DNA from: Candidatus Melainabacteria bacterium 17Bon1m
Lineage (GTDB): Bacteria > Cyanobacteriota > Vampirovibrionia > Obscuribacterales > Obscuribacteraceae
DNA: 64,000 nt
Direction of reading: 5' to 3'
Assembly (NCBI GenBank): GCA_032128875.1
Contig: JAVLKG010000004.1
Coordinates: 640,001 to 704,000 of the forward strand
This document shows positions 47,957 to 58,712 of this stretch, piece by piece; within the stretch, counting starts at the first letter, position 1; each line of letters begins with the position of its first letter. The notes beneath the pieces are model-generated. The model was not told the DNA's origin, did no database searches, and saw only the letters and a program-made list of their open reading frames with translations. The position numbers and the translations under genes were made by a program.

Positions 47957-48622
47957 TTAGGGGGAACGCTTGAAAGCAGGTATATCGTGCATTGTAGAGC
48001 GCATCCGTCCAGAAACGCGACCCATTACGCATGTTTTTAAATATTCCGCTTCATCAAGGCGACCCATTGCAAGAAGGAGCGCCGCATAGTTTTCAAGAAC
48101 GTTGATTACATCGGGATGTTCGGCACTAAGCTTAATGGTACGAACATCAAGAGCACGCTTGTATAGAGGCTCCGCATCATCGTATAAATTCTGCGTGTGA
48201 TAAAGCATCGCGAGATTTACCGCTATGGTAGCCACATCAAGATGATCCTTGCCGAGAATTCTTTCGTAGATGTTGAGAATCTTAGTGCAAATAGGCACCG
48301 CCTCACGGTATCGGCTTTGCTCGTAGTAGAGACCGGCAAGGTCATTCATTGCATTGGCGACTTCCAGATTGCCTGGTCCGAACTGTTCTGTTTTTAACGT
48401 GATAACTTGTTCGAGCACCTGCTGGGCCTCGGAGAATTTATGCTGGTTGGAAAGTGACTCCCCCAGCTTCGAAAGCATCTGGCAACGACGCTGATCCTTT
48501 GCAGGAAAAGCGGTTTCCGCAATTTGAGCGGCATGGCGATAAGACGCCTCAGCCTGCGCAAAATTTCCCTGCGCCAAGCACTTTTCGGCTTCTTGCCTGG
48601 CTCTATCGAAATCCTGACTCAT
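47957..48622 (-). CDS. TPR protein
   Basis: TPR_12-like repeats VANAMNDLAGLYYEQSRYREA and VATIAVNLAMLYHTQ; similar to the 3-533 protein. Confidence 0.9.
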   Translation of the reverse strand: MSQDFDRARQEAEKCLAQGNFAQAEASYRHAAQIAETAFPAKDQRRCQMLSKLGESLSNQHKFSEAQQVLEQVITLKTEQFGPGNLEVANAMNDLAGLYYEQSRYREAVPICTKILNIYERILGKDHLDVATIAVNLAMLYHTQNLYDDAEPLYKRALDVRTIKLSAEHPDVINVLENYAALLLAMGRLDEAEYLKTCVMGRVSGRMRSTMHDIPAFKRSP

Positions 48623-48909
48623 TGGGTTTATGCCCCCACCTGCATGTACCCTGGCTAAAGCCATCGGCTTCAGCGCACTATTCTATTGTGTTTTGCCCAG
48701 TGAGTCGCCGGTTGCACCTCCAGCTTTCAAAAAATCCATTGCAAATTTCGAAAGTTCTGGTACCGTATTTATGTACGGTAGTCGATTCGAATGCAGGTCA
48801 ATTGGAGGCTCCGCCAGATTCGGTGGGTCTTTGGATGGCTTTGCATAAATTTTGCTTGTAAATCGGCTTACCTAGCGGGAAATCACCTCAACACCTACAA
48901 TGAACGCCT

Positions 48910-51900
48910 ATGGATGTTTCGACGGTAAACTCTCCAGAGCCTCGCTGCGAGGCACTTGATTGGGCACACCCTCTGGTATCAGAGTGGTTTTGCTCCCGCT
49001 TCGGCACACCGACAGAACCACAGATAGCCGGCTGGCCACATATTCTTGCCGGCGAGACAACCCTGATTGCAGCTCCAACAGGTTCGGGAAAAACACTTGC
49101 AGCATTTCTCGTCTGCATAGACAAACTTGTTCGAAAAGCGCTTTCGGGCAATCTTTCAAATAGCACCGAAGTAGTCTACATCTCTCCACTCAAAGCGTTG
49201 AGCAATGACGTGGAGAAAAACCTCCAGAAGCCGCTAAAAGAAATTTTTGATCTGGCAATGGAGAAAAATCTCCTCATGCCGGAAATCAGAACCATGGTGA
49301 GGACGGGAGACACACTCGCGATTGAACGCCGCACAATGTTGAAGCGTCCACCGCACATTCTGGTTACGACACCAGAATCGCTGTACATCATGGTAACGGC
49401 GGAAAAAAGCAGGGCGATTCTACGCGACGTTGAGACAGTTATCGTCGACGAAATTCACGCGCTCGCTGATGACAAACGTGGCGTGCACATGTCGCTTTCG
49501 CTTGAGCGTCTTGAAGCACTGACCTGGAAAAGCCCGAACCGAATTGGACTTTCTGCAACACAAAAGCCAATAGAAATAACTGCTCAATTTCTCTCCGGCA
49601 ACGGTCGGCCGATGCCGCACATAGTAAATGTCGGTCACAAACGCCAGCTCGACATCGCCGTAGAAACTCCCGATTCGCCATTAGGCGCAGTTTGCTCCAA
49701 CGAACTTTGGGACGAAATCTATCAGAAGCTTTTTGGGCTGATCAAAACGCACACATCAACTCTTATTTTTGCCAACACGAGAAAGTTAGCGGAGCGTATT
49801 GCCCACGACTTAGGTGAGATGCTTGCGGAGGACGTCGGCGAAGAAGAAGCCAACAGTCTCATTGTTGCGCACCACGGCAGCCTATCACGCGAACTTCGAC
49901 TGGAAGCAGAAAGACGGCTCAAAGCCGGCGAGCTTAAAGCCCTGGTTGCGACCGCTTCACTTGAATTAGGGATAGATGTCGGTGCAATTGATCTGGTTTG
50001 CCAAATAGGTTCGCCTCGCAATATTGCTGTGGCACTACAACGCATTGGACGCGCCGGTCACTGGCGGGGTGCAATTCCTAAAGGCAGACTGTTTGCTACA
50101 ACCAGGGACGATTTGCTAGAGTGCGCTTCTCTCATCAAATCAATCAATGAGGGTGATCTCGACCGGCTGATCATTCCGAAAAATTCCATTGATGTTCTGT
50201 GCCAGCAATTAATCGCTGCCTGCTCGACACAAGATTGGAAAGAAGACGAGCTGTTCGAATTGGTAAAGCGTGCTTATCCATTTCGCGATTTAGAAAGAAG
50301 CGAATTTGACGATGTTGTGGAAATGCTTTCCACTGGGCTTTCAGACGTACGAGCTAGGTATGGTGCCTTTTTACAACGCGACCGGGTCAACGGAATAATA
50401 AAAGCGAGACGCGGCAGTCTACTCGCTTCGGTCACAAATGCAGGTGCCATTCCAGAGACGGGCATGTTTACTGTGCTGACTGAACCGGAAGGTTTAATGG
50501 TCGGTACTCTAGATGAAGACTTCGCTGTCGAAAGCTCTGCCGGCGATGTTATGTTGCTTGGCACGACATCTTGGATGATCACCAAGATTGAAGGTAAAGG
50601 CGGCAAGGTCTGGGTGGTAGATGCGAACGGAGCCCCGCCGACTGTACCTTTCTGGCGCGGAGAAGCACCAGGAAGAACCAAAGAACTCTCCGATCAGTTA
50701 TCTGGACTTCGAGAAGAAATTAGCAGGCGTGCCTTATCAACGAGCGAAGATGACGACACACCGCCTAGCTCGAAGAAAGCGGAAAAATGGTTGGTGGACG
50801 CTTGCGGCTTGAGCCGTGATGCTGCCTCGCAAGCGGTTTCCTATGTGCTTGAAGGACAAGCATTATTAGGAGGTGTTCCATCGAAAAAGCTAATTATTGC
50901 CGAGCGCTTCTTTGATGAGGCTGGCGGCATGCAATTGGTAATTCATGCACCTTTTGGCAGTCGCATCAACAAAGCGTGGGGAATGGCTCTCACAAAAAAA
51001 TTCTGTCGCAACTTCGACTTGGAGCTTCAAGCTCAAGCTACCGAAAACGGCATTAACATAGCACTTTCAGAAAGGCACAGTTTCCCGCTTGAAGATGTTT
51101 TCCAATTTCTGAGTCTGGAGACAGTAGTAGGCGTATTAGAACAAGCAATTCTTCAGTCGCCATTATTCGCCACGCGTTTTCGCTGGGCGGCGAACAGATC
51201 GCTCGCACTTCTTCGCTTCCAGGGCGGCAAGAAAGTCCCTCCGCAAATTCAACGAATGCGCGCAGAAGATCTGCTCACAGCAGTCTTTCCGAAAGCTGCT
51301 GCGTGTCAGGACAATATTTCCGGCGAAATTGAAATTCCCAATCACCCTCTAATCAAGGAAACCATGAAAGATGCCTTGACCGAAGCGCTTGATTTAGAAG
51401 GGTTTATCGAGCTCTTAACAAGTTTGAAAAACGGAGAGATCGCCACACATGCAATTGACACGCCGGCGCCATCCGTTTTTTCTCACGAAATTTTGAATGC
51501 CAATCCATATGCATATCTTGACGATGCCCCTCTGGAAGAAAGGCGTGCACGCGCAGTCGAATTGAGGCGGGTTTTGCCCGACTCTATTGCATCCACAACT
51601 GGACGCCTAGATGAATATGCGATTTGCCAGGTAAGGATGGAAGCCTGGCCAGACGTAAGAAATCATGACGACTTGCACGATTTCCTTTACACAGTAATTG
51701 GTGCACCACCTCATCTGGCATTGGTTGTTAGAGAGAGTGGCTTGACAGCATGGAGTATTCACTTCCGGGAGTTGATGAAGCAAAGAAGAGCCGGGGTAGC
51801 TACTTTTGCTGGCAATGACTATTGGGTTGCAACCGAGCGCAAAGCAGCCTTTCTCAAAATATTTCCAACGGCAACTTTCGAGGAAGAGCTTCCTGATATT

Positions 51901-53409
51901 CAAGAGAAAGAACTCACCCAAGAAGATGCTATCGACTTCATGGTGAAAGGCTGGATGAATTATCTCGGTCCGGTAACCGCAGCGGCAATCGCCGATTTGC
52001 TTGCTGTGCCGCAATTCGACATCGACTTATCTCTCCTTCGAATAGAATCCCAAGGTTCAATACTGCGTGGAAAGTTTACCGGTTTAGAAGAAGAGTGGTG
52101 CGATCGTCGCTTACTGGCACGCATTCATCGCCTGACTGTTGACGGACTACGCCGTCAAATAAGACCAGTCACCAAAGAAGAATTCATGCTCTTCCTGGCG
52201 AGATGGCAGCATGTCGCACCCGGAACCCAATTGGTCGGCGTTCGTGGACTGCAGCAAGTACTCAGTCAATTACAAGGCTTTGAACTTCCGGCAAATGCTT
52301 GGGAATCCCAAATTTTGTCTAAGCGCGTCAGGAAATATGCTCCTGAAGATTTAGATCAATTATGTATGACTGGTTTTATCGGTTGGGGAAGAATTTCTCC
52401 GCACCCAGCCACGGTAGCAGCTGTAATTCCGCAGCCCAAGCGCTTCTCTTTCAAGCGATATGGCATGCCGATTGCTCGAAATATCAAGCTCAACAGTGAA
52501 GTTACAGAAAAGCAAGGACAGAATCAGGTTGAGTCAAAACCAGTAGAAGCGACAAAGGTTAAAACCGTCGTCATGCTCTCCAGCACAGATCCAAGCATCC
52601 GAGAAGCCGGCGGCAGGCGTGTTATACCCAGCAGCGTTTCACCTATGACTTTCTTCGTTAGACAAGAGTGCGACTGGATTTCTTACTGTAGACGTTCGGC
52701 AGAAGACATCGATCAATATTGTTTGACCAGCAATGCTCGGTTAGTAGTCAAACATCTTAGTGAGCGCGGCGCCTTATTTTTCAACGATCTCACAAGATTT
52801 ACGGGATTGCTTAAGGCAGAAGTTGAAGCTGCATTGTGGGAACTAGTTGCCGCTGGACTTGCCACCGCGGACGGTTTTGACAATTTGCGTGCACTAATAG
52901 ATCCAAAACGCCGAAGTGGACAAGGCAGCGCCAGAGATTTACGACCGAGAAACGCTACTGGACGCTGGTCTGTGCTTGGCGAACTTACTGGTGACGATGA
53001 AAGAGACGCCATCGAGAGCGCTTGCATGACATTGCTGAATCGCTACGGAGTTCTTTTCAAAGACTTACTTACTCGCGAGACAACAGCACCTACATGGCGC
53101 GAAATGCTCACAGTCCTGCGACGAATGGAAGCTCGCGGAGAATTGCGCGGCGGAAGATTTGTAGCAGGTTTTTCCGGCGAGCAATATGCACTTCCGGCAG
53201 CTCTGGAATCATTAAGAGCCAATCGAGATCAATCAACAGATGTGCTGAAATCTATCGAAGTATCGTCAGTTGATCCACTGAATCTGCGAGGCATCATTCT
53301 GCCCGGTGAAAAGGTGCCGGCTATTTCAGGGCGTTTCGTCAACCTTGGCGATGATACAACGCCTTCTTTTGTGCGCGAAGAAGTCGAAACGGAGTACATC
53401 GTTTCGTAG
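48910..53409 (+). CDS. lhr: Full-length Lhr helicase (SF2) with C-terminal extension
   Basis: APTGSGKT, SPLKALSND, TTPES, DEIH, SAT, HHGSLS, QRIGRAGH, PFWRGE, C-terminal RGGRFVAGFSGEQYA. Confidence 0.93.
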   Translation: MDVSTVNSPEPRCEALDWAHPLVSEWFCSRFGTPTEPQIAGWPHILAGETTLIAAPTGSGKTLAAFLVCIDKLVRKALSGNLSNSTEVVYISPLKALSNDVEKNLQKPLKEIFDLAMEKNLLMPEIRTMVRTGDTLAIERRTMLKRPPHILVTTPESLYIMVTAEKSRAILRDVETVIVDEIHALADDKRGVHMSLSLERLEALTWKSPNRIGLSATQKPIEITAQFLSGNGRPMPHIVNVGHKRQLDIAVETPDSPLGAVCSNELWDEIYQKLFGLIKTHTSTLIFANTRKLAERIAHDLGEMLAEDVGEEEANSLIVAHHGSLSRELRLEAERRLKAGELKALVATASLELGIDVGAIDLVCQIGSPRNIAVALQRIGRAGHWRGAIPKGRLFATTRDDLLECASLIKSINEGDLDRLIIPKNSIDVLCQQLIAACSTQDWKEDELFELVKRAYPFRDLERSEFDDVVEMLSTGLSDVRARYGAFLQRDRVNGIIKARRGSLLASVTNAGAIPETGMFTVLTEPEGLMVGTLDEDFAVESSAGDVMLLGTTSWMITKIEGKGGKVWVVDANGAPPTVPFWRGEAPGRTKELSDQLSGLREEISRRALSTSEDDDTPPSSKKAEKWLVDACGLSRDAASQAVSYVLEGQALLGGVPSKKLIIAERFFDEAGGMQLVIHAPFGSRINKAWGMALTKKFCRNFDLELQAQATENGINIALSERHSFPLEDVFQFLSLETVVGVLEQAILQSPLFATRFRWAANRSLALLRFQGGKKVPPQIQRMRAEDLLTAVFPKAAACQDNISGEIEIPNHPLIKETMKDALTEALDLEGFIELLTSLKNGEIATHAIDTPAPSVFSHEILNANPYAYLDDAPLEERRARAVELRRVLPDSIASTTGRLDEYAICQVRMEAWPDVRNHDDLHDFLYTVIGAPPHLALVVRESGLTAWSIHFRELMKQRRAGVATFAGNDYWVATERKAAFLKIFPTATFEEELPDIQEKELTQEDAIDFMVKGWMNYLGPVTAAAIADLLAVPQFDIDLSLLRIESQGSILRGKFTGLEEEWCDRRLLARIHRLTVDGLRRQIRPVTKEEFMLFLARWQHVAPGTQLVGVRGLQQVLSQLQGFELPANAWESQILSKRVRKYAPEDLDQLCMTGFIGWGRISPHPATVAAVIPQPKRFSFKRYGMPIARNIKLNSEVTEKQGQNQVESKPVEATKVKTVVMLSSTDPSIREAGGRRVIPSSVSPMTFFVRQECDWISYCRRSAEDIDQYCLTSNARLVVKHLSERGALFFNDLTRFTGLLKAEVEAALWELVAAGLATADGFDNLRALIDPKRRSGQGSARDLRPRNATGRWSVLGELTGDDERDAIESACMTLLNRYGVLFKDLLTRETTAPTWREMLTVLRRMEARGELRGGRFVAGFSGEQYALPAALESLRANRDQSTDVLKSIEVSSVDPLNLRGIILPGEKVPAISGRFVNLGDDTTPSFVREEVETEYIVS

Positions 53410-53427
53410 CTGCGGTCTTAGTAAAAA

Positions 53428-53961
53428 CTACTTCTTGGCGTGTACGCGTTCGTGTTCGCTGCGAATCTTTCCATACACCATCCAGCTTGGATCGCTGGCA
53501 ACGGTCAGATTTACTTTGTAGTCTTTCGGTACCTTCAGCGCATTTTCCGCGTCATGAGCAACCTTCTCCGATTCGACATAGAAGAGAAACTTGCGAACTC
53601 CATTGTGTGTTTGCACCGCTACAAATTTACCGCTGTCTTTCTGCGCAATCAGCTGATTGAGCTGGTCTTCGACCTCATTGGCTTTTGCGGTTTCGTCCTT
53701 TTCCGGACGGCCGTCTCTAGTTGGATGCAAGAAGTCGATTGCATAAACTGCTCTGAACTGATATTTCGGATCGCCAGGTTTGACTGCCATATTTATACGA
53801 ACAAAAATTGGCTTTCCATTAGCTTCTCCGCGACCAACCGTCCACGACTCGGTTGGATTATTTGCACCAATTGAAGAGAGAGGAAAAGAGATAACTGTCG
53901 CCGCACAGACGGCAGAGAAAATCAGATGTCTAATAAGACCATTTGTTTTTTGCATGTGCAT
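53428..53961 (-). CDS. DUF695-like exported protein
   Basis: Signal peptide; NGKPIFVRIN, DGRP...E, THNGVRKFLFY, DPSW..Y. Confidence 0.7.
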   Translation of the reverse strand: MHMQKTNGLIRHLIFSAVCAATVISFPLSSIGANNPTESWTVGRGEANGKPIFVRINMAVKPGDPKYQFRAVYAIDFLHPTRDGRPEKDETAKANEVEDQLNQLIAQKDSGKFVAVQTHNGVRKFLFYVESEKVAHDAENALKVPKDYKVNLTVASDPSWMVYGKIRSEHERVHAKK

Positions 53962-53988
53962 TGAATCAATTCCCTGTAAGTTCGATAG

Positions 53989-54501
53989 TTATATCAGTTC
54001 TCTTGGTTTCTGAATAATATATAGCCCTGCACAGAAGATTATGACTGCACCAATGACAACGATATAAAAGTGAGGCCCAAAGCCAGTTTGAATAACACAT
54101 TCCTTAGGATTTGAAGGGTCGTAATAGGCTGTAATAGTTGAGCCCAAAGGATGCTCTCTTTTAATGTCGTCATCTTTTGGCCCTAGGGGATCAATTGTCC
54201 AAGTGTAATTTACGCCGGCATAAGTGACACCATTGACGGTGAATTCAAATGCAATCTTCGGACGTCCGAAATAGTCAGGAAGAAATATTTTTGTAAGCAA
54301 TTCATCGATGGCATCGTATTTTGCACCGGCTTCAATGGCGGATTTGAATGTCACCACCTGCGCATCAACAGGCGTCCAAGTTCTACTGCTGTGAGCCTGT
54401 TGTACATATACAAACTGGCTCACCATGAGATAAACTGCGGTCATCATGATCAGTCCACCTAGCAGTGGTCCCCAATCACGAAACAAGTATCTGAAAAACA
54501 A
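53989..54501 (-). CDS. DUF3592-like membrane protein
   Basis: TM, W.PV.A.V, F.VNG..Y, YYDPSNP, TM architecture. Confidence 0.75.
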   Translation of the reverse strand: MFFRYLFRDWGPLLGGLIMMTAVYLMVSQFVYVQQAHSSRTWTPVDAQVVTFKSAIEAGAKYDAIDELLTKIFLPDYFGRPKIAFEFTVNGVTYAGVNYTWTIDPLGPKDDDIKREHPLGSTITAYYDPSNPKECVIQTGFGPHFYIVVIGAVIIFCAGLYIIQKPRELI

Positions 54502-54572
54502 AATTTTGCTCCACGCCCTATGTTAAGCCGCAAGAATCGCAGCTACAGTCAGATTGATCCAGTAAAACAAAT

Positions 54573-55505
54573 TTAGATCGTTCGAGCCGGGAATTCAAGC
54601 CAGATGCTAGATGGCTGTTGCATCATATATCCGCGGTAGTGACGCTCCCAGTTGTGCATGAAATCTTCTTCGGCCATTTCTTTTACGACAGATGAAGGTA
54701 GCTGCATGTCTATCTGCTTTCGCCGACCATCAGTTCGATACATCACTCTGGCGATGCGATTGTTCTGAGAATAATATGCAGCAATTGTGGTCCACGAATT
54801 TCTGATATACGCTTCTAACTTGATGTGAAATTCATCATTGTTGGTTGTCGATTCGTTAATCAAAACCCTGCAACAATCAGCCAGTTGAACCACAGCACCA
54901 ATCGCGTCGCTCAGCTCCTCGGGCTCAAAGATTGCGTTATCTTTGTCTTTGTCTATGTCTTCGATTTCCGGCTCAGCTTGCGCAAGTATTTCTGCGGCTG
55001 CTTTCTTCGTTATTTCCTCTCGGTCGAAAATGATCTTCGGAGCCGGAGCTTCTTCATCAAATGCAGTAGCGGATTCAGCAAAGACGACCTTCGGCATCCT
55101 TACTGCCTCAAGATCGCTTCTTGATTCCCTTCTTGAAAATGAATCCTTCGAATCTTGCGAGTCTCTCGAATGCTTGGCCATAAAGTTGGCGCGATAGACA
55201 TCCTGCTCTTCTTGAGTCGGCAAATAAATTGATGTGCCGGGCTGAATGTATGGTGCGCGAGAACTACCTTCTCCCGTCATTTTGACCATCGTCCTGTTAA
55301 TCGTGACGAGCAGACCGACGAATCTGATATCTCCAAGACTTTTTTCGGCGATCTTTTCCAATGTGTCGCCCGCAAGTACAAAATAACGAGCGCGATTCAG
55401 CCCGTGACTATTTCTCGAAGATGTTTTGCGCTGAGCCCAACCGGTCAGTTTTTGTAGCGCGCCCATATGCAAGCCGAATCGGCCGCTTCCGTTAGTCGAT
55501 GACAT
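54573..55505 (-). CDS. LysM-like domain protein without a signal peptide
   Basis: YFVLAGDTLEKIAEKSLGD...IN....IQPGTSIYLP. Confidence 0.7.
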   Translation of the reverse strand: MSSTNGSGRFGLHMGALQKLTGWAQRKTSSRNSHGLNRARYFVLAGDTLEKIAEKSLGDIRFVGLLVTINRTMVKMTGEGSSRAPYIQPGTSIYLPTQEEQDVYRANFMAKHSRDSQDSKDSFSRRESRSDLEAVRMPKVVFAESATAFDEEAPAPKIIFDREEITKKAAAEILAQAEPEIEDIDKDKDNAIFEPEELSDAIGAVVQLADCCRVLINESTTNNDEFHIKLEAYIRNSWTTIAAYYSQNNRIARVMYRTDGRRKQIDMQLPSSVVKEMAEEDFMHNWERHYRGYMMQQPSSIWLEFPARTI

Positions 55506-55865
55506 GCTGAGGTCCTTGCCGCAAATATATACGCCCTTGTCAAGAAGATATCAGAGCTAGATTATTTTCCAAGTACCAGTTTTCTAATCAAAGACCAAAC
55601 CAGCGCGTCTTTTCGGCGCCTAACTCAAGGTAGTCAAAGCCCCCAGAACGGCTCAGAATCAAGTTTTCAATGCATAAAAGTCAGGTCACACCCGCTTAAA
55701 GCCGCTCGGGACGACCAGCGCCGGGGTGGGGATCTTCCCATCTCAATTTCGAAGGTCAGCCGAAATCTGTCCGGAATTCAAGACAGCTATAGACGGTTTC
55801 CTGGGTTCACAATTAATACCGCCCAAAGTTCATGAAGGACAATCGTTTTACGAAAGTGCAGTTTT

Positions 55866-56357
55866 TTAAGGCAAGTCGATAACGATGATGGGATGCGCGC
55901 TTAACTGGTCGATAGCGATTTCACCGACGCTGTAATGCACTACCTCACCGCCATGCTTGTAGGAGACATTCTCTCGATCCTGCTTAAACTCCTCCAGTGT
56001 GCTCTTTGCCGTTTGCGGGTCGAGTTTTTTAAGCAGTGAAACAGCGTAAAGCCGCCCAGCTGGAGAGGCATTGTGCGTAAGCCAGATAACATCGGACTTT
56101 ACGCCAACTCCTGCCTTGGCTGCCTCCTCGAAAGCCTTTCTCAAGTCGCTTTTCGGGGCATTCGCCGGCACTCTGGAGTCTTCAACCAGCTTGGCAGACT
56201 TCAAAGTCTCCAGAAAAGCAGGCAGTTTTACGGCCGACTCTTCTGCAGCGGGTGTTTGCGGAGTTTGGCTGGTTTCTTCGGCACAAACGCCATTACTTAA
56301 TCCAGACAATAGTAGAAAGCTAATAATTAGTGCGTTACTTGCGGGTTTCATGGGCAT
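55866..56357 (-). CDS. Hypothetical exported protein
   Basis: Signal peptide ending VCA-EE; helical body. Confidence 0.7.
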   Translation of the reverse strand: MPMKPASNALIISFLLLSGLSNGVCAEETSQTPQTPAAEESAVKLPAFLETLKSAKLVEDSRVPANAPKSDLRKAFEEAAKAGVGVKSDVIWLTHNASPAGRLYAVSLLKKLDPQTAKSTLEEFKQDRENVSYKHGGEVVHYSVGEIAIDQLSAHPIIVIDLP

Positions 56358-56519
56358 ATCCAGTTTGTGGACCTTTTGCGTGATTCAATTTAGCACGCTG
56401 CCGCTGGGACACGTATCCAATCTAACCTCTAAGATTGGGCGGTTTCTGCTATCTGCATAGCTACTATTGATGAGAGCAGAGGGCACACCCTCGCTATTAA
56501 AAACTCAACCCTAACCTTC

Positions 56520-57992
56520 GTGAACACAACCTGGGACCAATACAAAGATGCTGCCGAAGCGGCAGCGGCACGTGGCGACTTCGCCACTGCCGAGTCTCTC
56601 TGGACTCAACTTTTGGCCGCAGCCGACCAAGCGGGCCACCATGACGCCCGTTTCGCTCTCGGTCTCGACAGTCTAGGCAAAGTGTACGCTGCTCAAAAAC
56701 GTTTTCCCCAGGCAGAAGCGGCATACGCCAAAGGCATTCAAGTCAAAGAAGCTTTATTCGGTCGCACCAGCATTGAAGTAGCGAAAACCTGCAATTTTCT
56801 AGCGGCCCTTTGTTACGAACAAAACAAATTTGAAAAGACTGAAGCGCTTGGTACCCGAGCGCTTTCGATCTATCAGTCACTGCTCGGCAATGAGCACCCG
56901 GCCGTTGCCACTATGGCCAACAACCTGGCTCGATTGCGTCAAAAAATCGCGCGTCCTGCCACTCCAGCTCCAACTCCTGTCGCTGCCGCGGTTGTCCAAC
57001 CACAGCCAGCCTACTCACAACAAGTCACTCAGGCTCCTGCTCCTGTTGCAGTCGCAGCGCCTCCAGCGCCGCCGCCTCAGACGCAACCAATCCAAGCTCA
57101 GCCAGCGGCTTATGCTCAACAAATAGCGTACGGTCAGTCGCAAACGTCCAACAACAGCCCGCCGCAAGTAGCATATGCGCAGTCGCAAACTTCCGCAAAC
57201 AATCCGCAGCAATCAGCGTATCAGCAGGCACAGAGTGGTAATTATGCACAGCCACAGAACAATGGCGCTGCATATCAGACACCACCACAGAGCACAGCCT
57301 ATTCACCCTCGACAGCGGTCAGCCCGCAAACTCAATCTCAACAAATTCCGGTCGCTCAGTCCGGGCAGTTACCGGGAGTGCAGCACCAGTATCATCAACA
57401 GCAGCAACCGCAAAACCAGCAGCAAATGCAGTCGCAACAGCAGCAACCACCACAACATCAGCAACAGCCACAACATCAGCCGCAATCAGTTCCGCAACCG
57501 GTTCATCAATCGGTTCAACAATCGGTTCCACAACCGGCACTTGCTCAAGCAGTTTCAGCTCCGATGCAACAGGCACCACCGGCAGTTCAACAGCAACCGG
57601 CGCCGCCACCACCTCCTGCTCCTGCACAGCCTGTTTATTCAGCACCACCACAACATTATCAACAACCCGCTCAACCGGTCTATCAGGCACCACCGGTCCA
57701 GCAGCCTGTGTACACGGCACCACCGGTTCAGCAGCATGTTCCCCTGCCACCGCAGCAGCCTGCCGTCGCAGCCCCGCCCCCACCTGATGCTGCACCACCA
57801 CCGGCGCCTAAGCCTCCAACGCCGTCTCAAGCACGCGCAATCGAAGAAAGAAAGGCAAAGCAAGCCGAGCAAGTTTGCGAAGTGTGCGGACGCTTCTATA
57901 GCGGTCCTGGCTGCATGCAATGCACACAATCATTGACTCCGATTGACTTCGGATTTGATTCGCTCAATCCCAAACGAAAAGACCAGCGCTAG
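56520..57992 (+). CDS. TPR + Q/P-rich linker + C-terminal Cys4 zinc-finger protein
   Basis: N-terminal TPRs, about 300 aa of Gln/Pro-rich sequence, then CEVC-x8-CMQC. Confidence 0.85.
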   Translation: MNTTWDQYKDAAEAAAARGDFATAESLWTQLLAAADQAGHHDARFALGLDSLGKVYAAQKRFPQAEAAYAKGIQVKEALFGRTSIEVAKTCNFLAALCYEQNKFEKTEALGTRALSIYQSLLGNEHPAVATMANNLARLRQKIARPATPAPTPVAAAVVQPQPAYSQQVTQAPAPVAVAAPPAPPPQTQPIQAQPAAYAQQIAYGQSQTSNNSPPQVAYAQSQTSANNPQQSAYQQAQSGNYAQPQNNGAAYQTPPQSTAYSPSTAVSPQTQSQQIPVAQSGQLPGVQHQYHQQQQPQNQQQMQSQQQQPPQHQQQPQHQPQSVPQPVHQSVQQSVPQPALAQAVSAPMQQAPPAVQQQPAPPPPPAPAQPVYSAPPQHYQQPAQPVYQAPPVQQPVYTAPPVQQHVPLPPQQPAVAAPPPPDAAPPPAPKPPTPSQARAIEERKAKQAEQVCEVCGRFYSGPGCMQCTQSLTPIDFGFDSLNPKRKDQR

Positions 57993-58633
57993 GATCTAAA
58001 AGCGTCTTCTATAGCAGCTCTTGCAGCCAGCTCGCCCTTCAATGTGTCGAGCAATTGCAATTCTCTTTTAAGCCGTGCCGATGTATCGCAAAGCTCCAGC
58101 AGGTCCTGGCGATCATCTGAAGAATTGAAAAACAGCGATGCTACCCAGAACGAAAGCAATACGGGGTCTGTCGGTAGATCATCAGGAATGATATTTTCTT
58201 TGTGGGTAAGCTTGTTAGCAAGTCTTACGACGTCTCTCAAGGTCTTATCGACTCGATCACCTATTGCAAGTGTGTCAGCGTCAGGTCTAGAGTCATCAAG
58301 CCATTCAACTTTACCGACCAGATACGGAAGCTGTCTTACAATCTCTACTATGCGAAACCGCTGTAGCCCAACGGTCATGATGTTCATACGCCCGTCTTTG
58401 AGTTTTACAACTTCACCAATTTCGGCCGCACAGCCTATGTTCACCGATTTAGAGATTGTCGGATTCCAAAGCAAGACCCCAAACTTTCTATCGCCCTCGA
58501 GCACAGTGTTAATCATCAACCTGTAGCGATCTTCAAATATATGGAGAGGCAGAGGTCGTCCCGGGAACAACACAACGTCCGGCAACGGGAAAAGTGGCAA
58601 CTCGCAAACGGAAACTGATGAGGGTGAAGACAT
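57989..58633 (-). CDS. Stand-alone LON substrate-binding domain protein
   Basis: LPLFPLPDVVLFPG..LPLHIFE.RY..M, DGR..I...G..RFRI. Confidence 0.93.
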   Translation of the reverse strand: MSSPSSVSVCELPLFPLPDVVLFPGRPLPLHIFEDRYRLMINTVLEGDRKFGVLLWNPTISKSVNIGCAAEIGEVVKLKDGRMNIMTVGLQRFRIVEIVRQLPYLVGKVEWLDDSRPDADTLAIGDRVDKTLRDVVRLANKLTHKENIIPDDLPTDPVLLSFWVASLFFNSSDDRQDLLELCDTSARLKRELQLLDTLKGELAARAAIEDAFRS

Positions 58634-58712
58634 TAGGCGCTACTTTACGATAAGACCTTGCGGTCAGGTTATTCCACTTCTTCTATCCTACTCCGCAACG
58701 ACAGATATTGCT

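Noticed and set aside
57175-57936. 253-aa alternative-frame ORF
   Set aside because: Frame shadow of the Gln/Pro-rich linker
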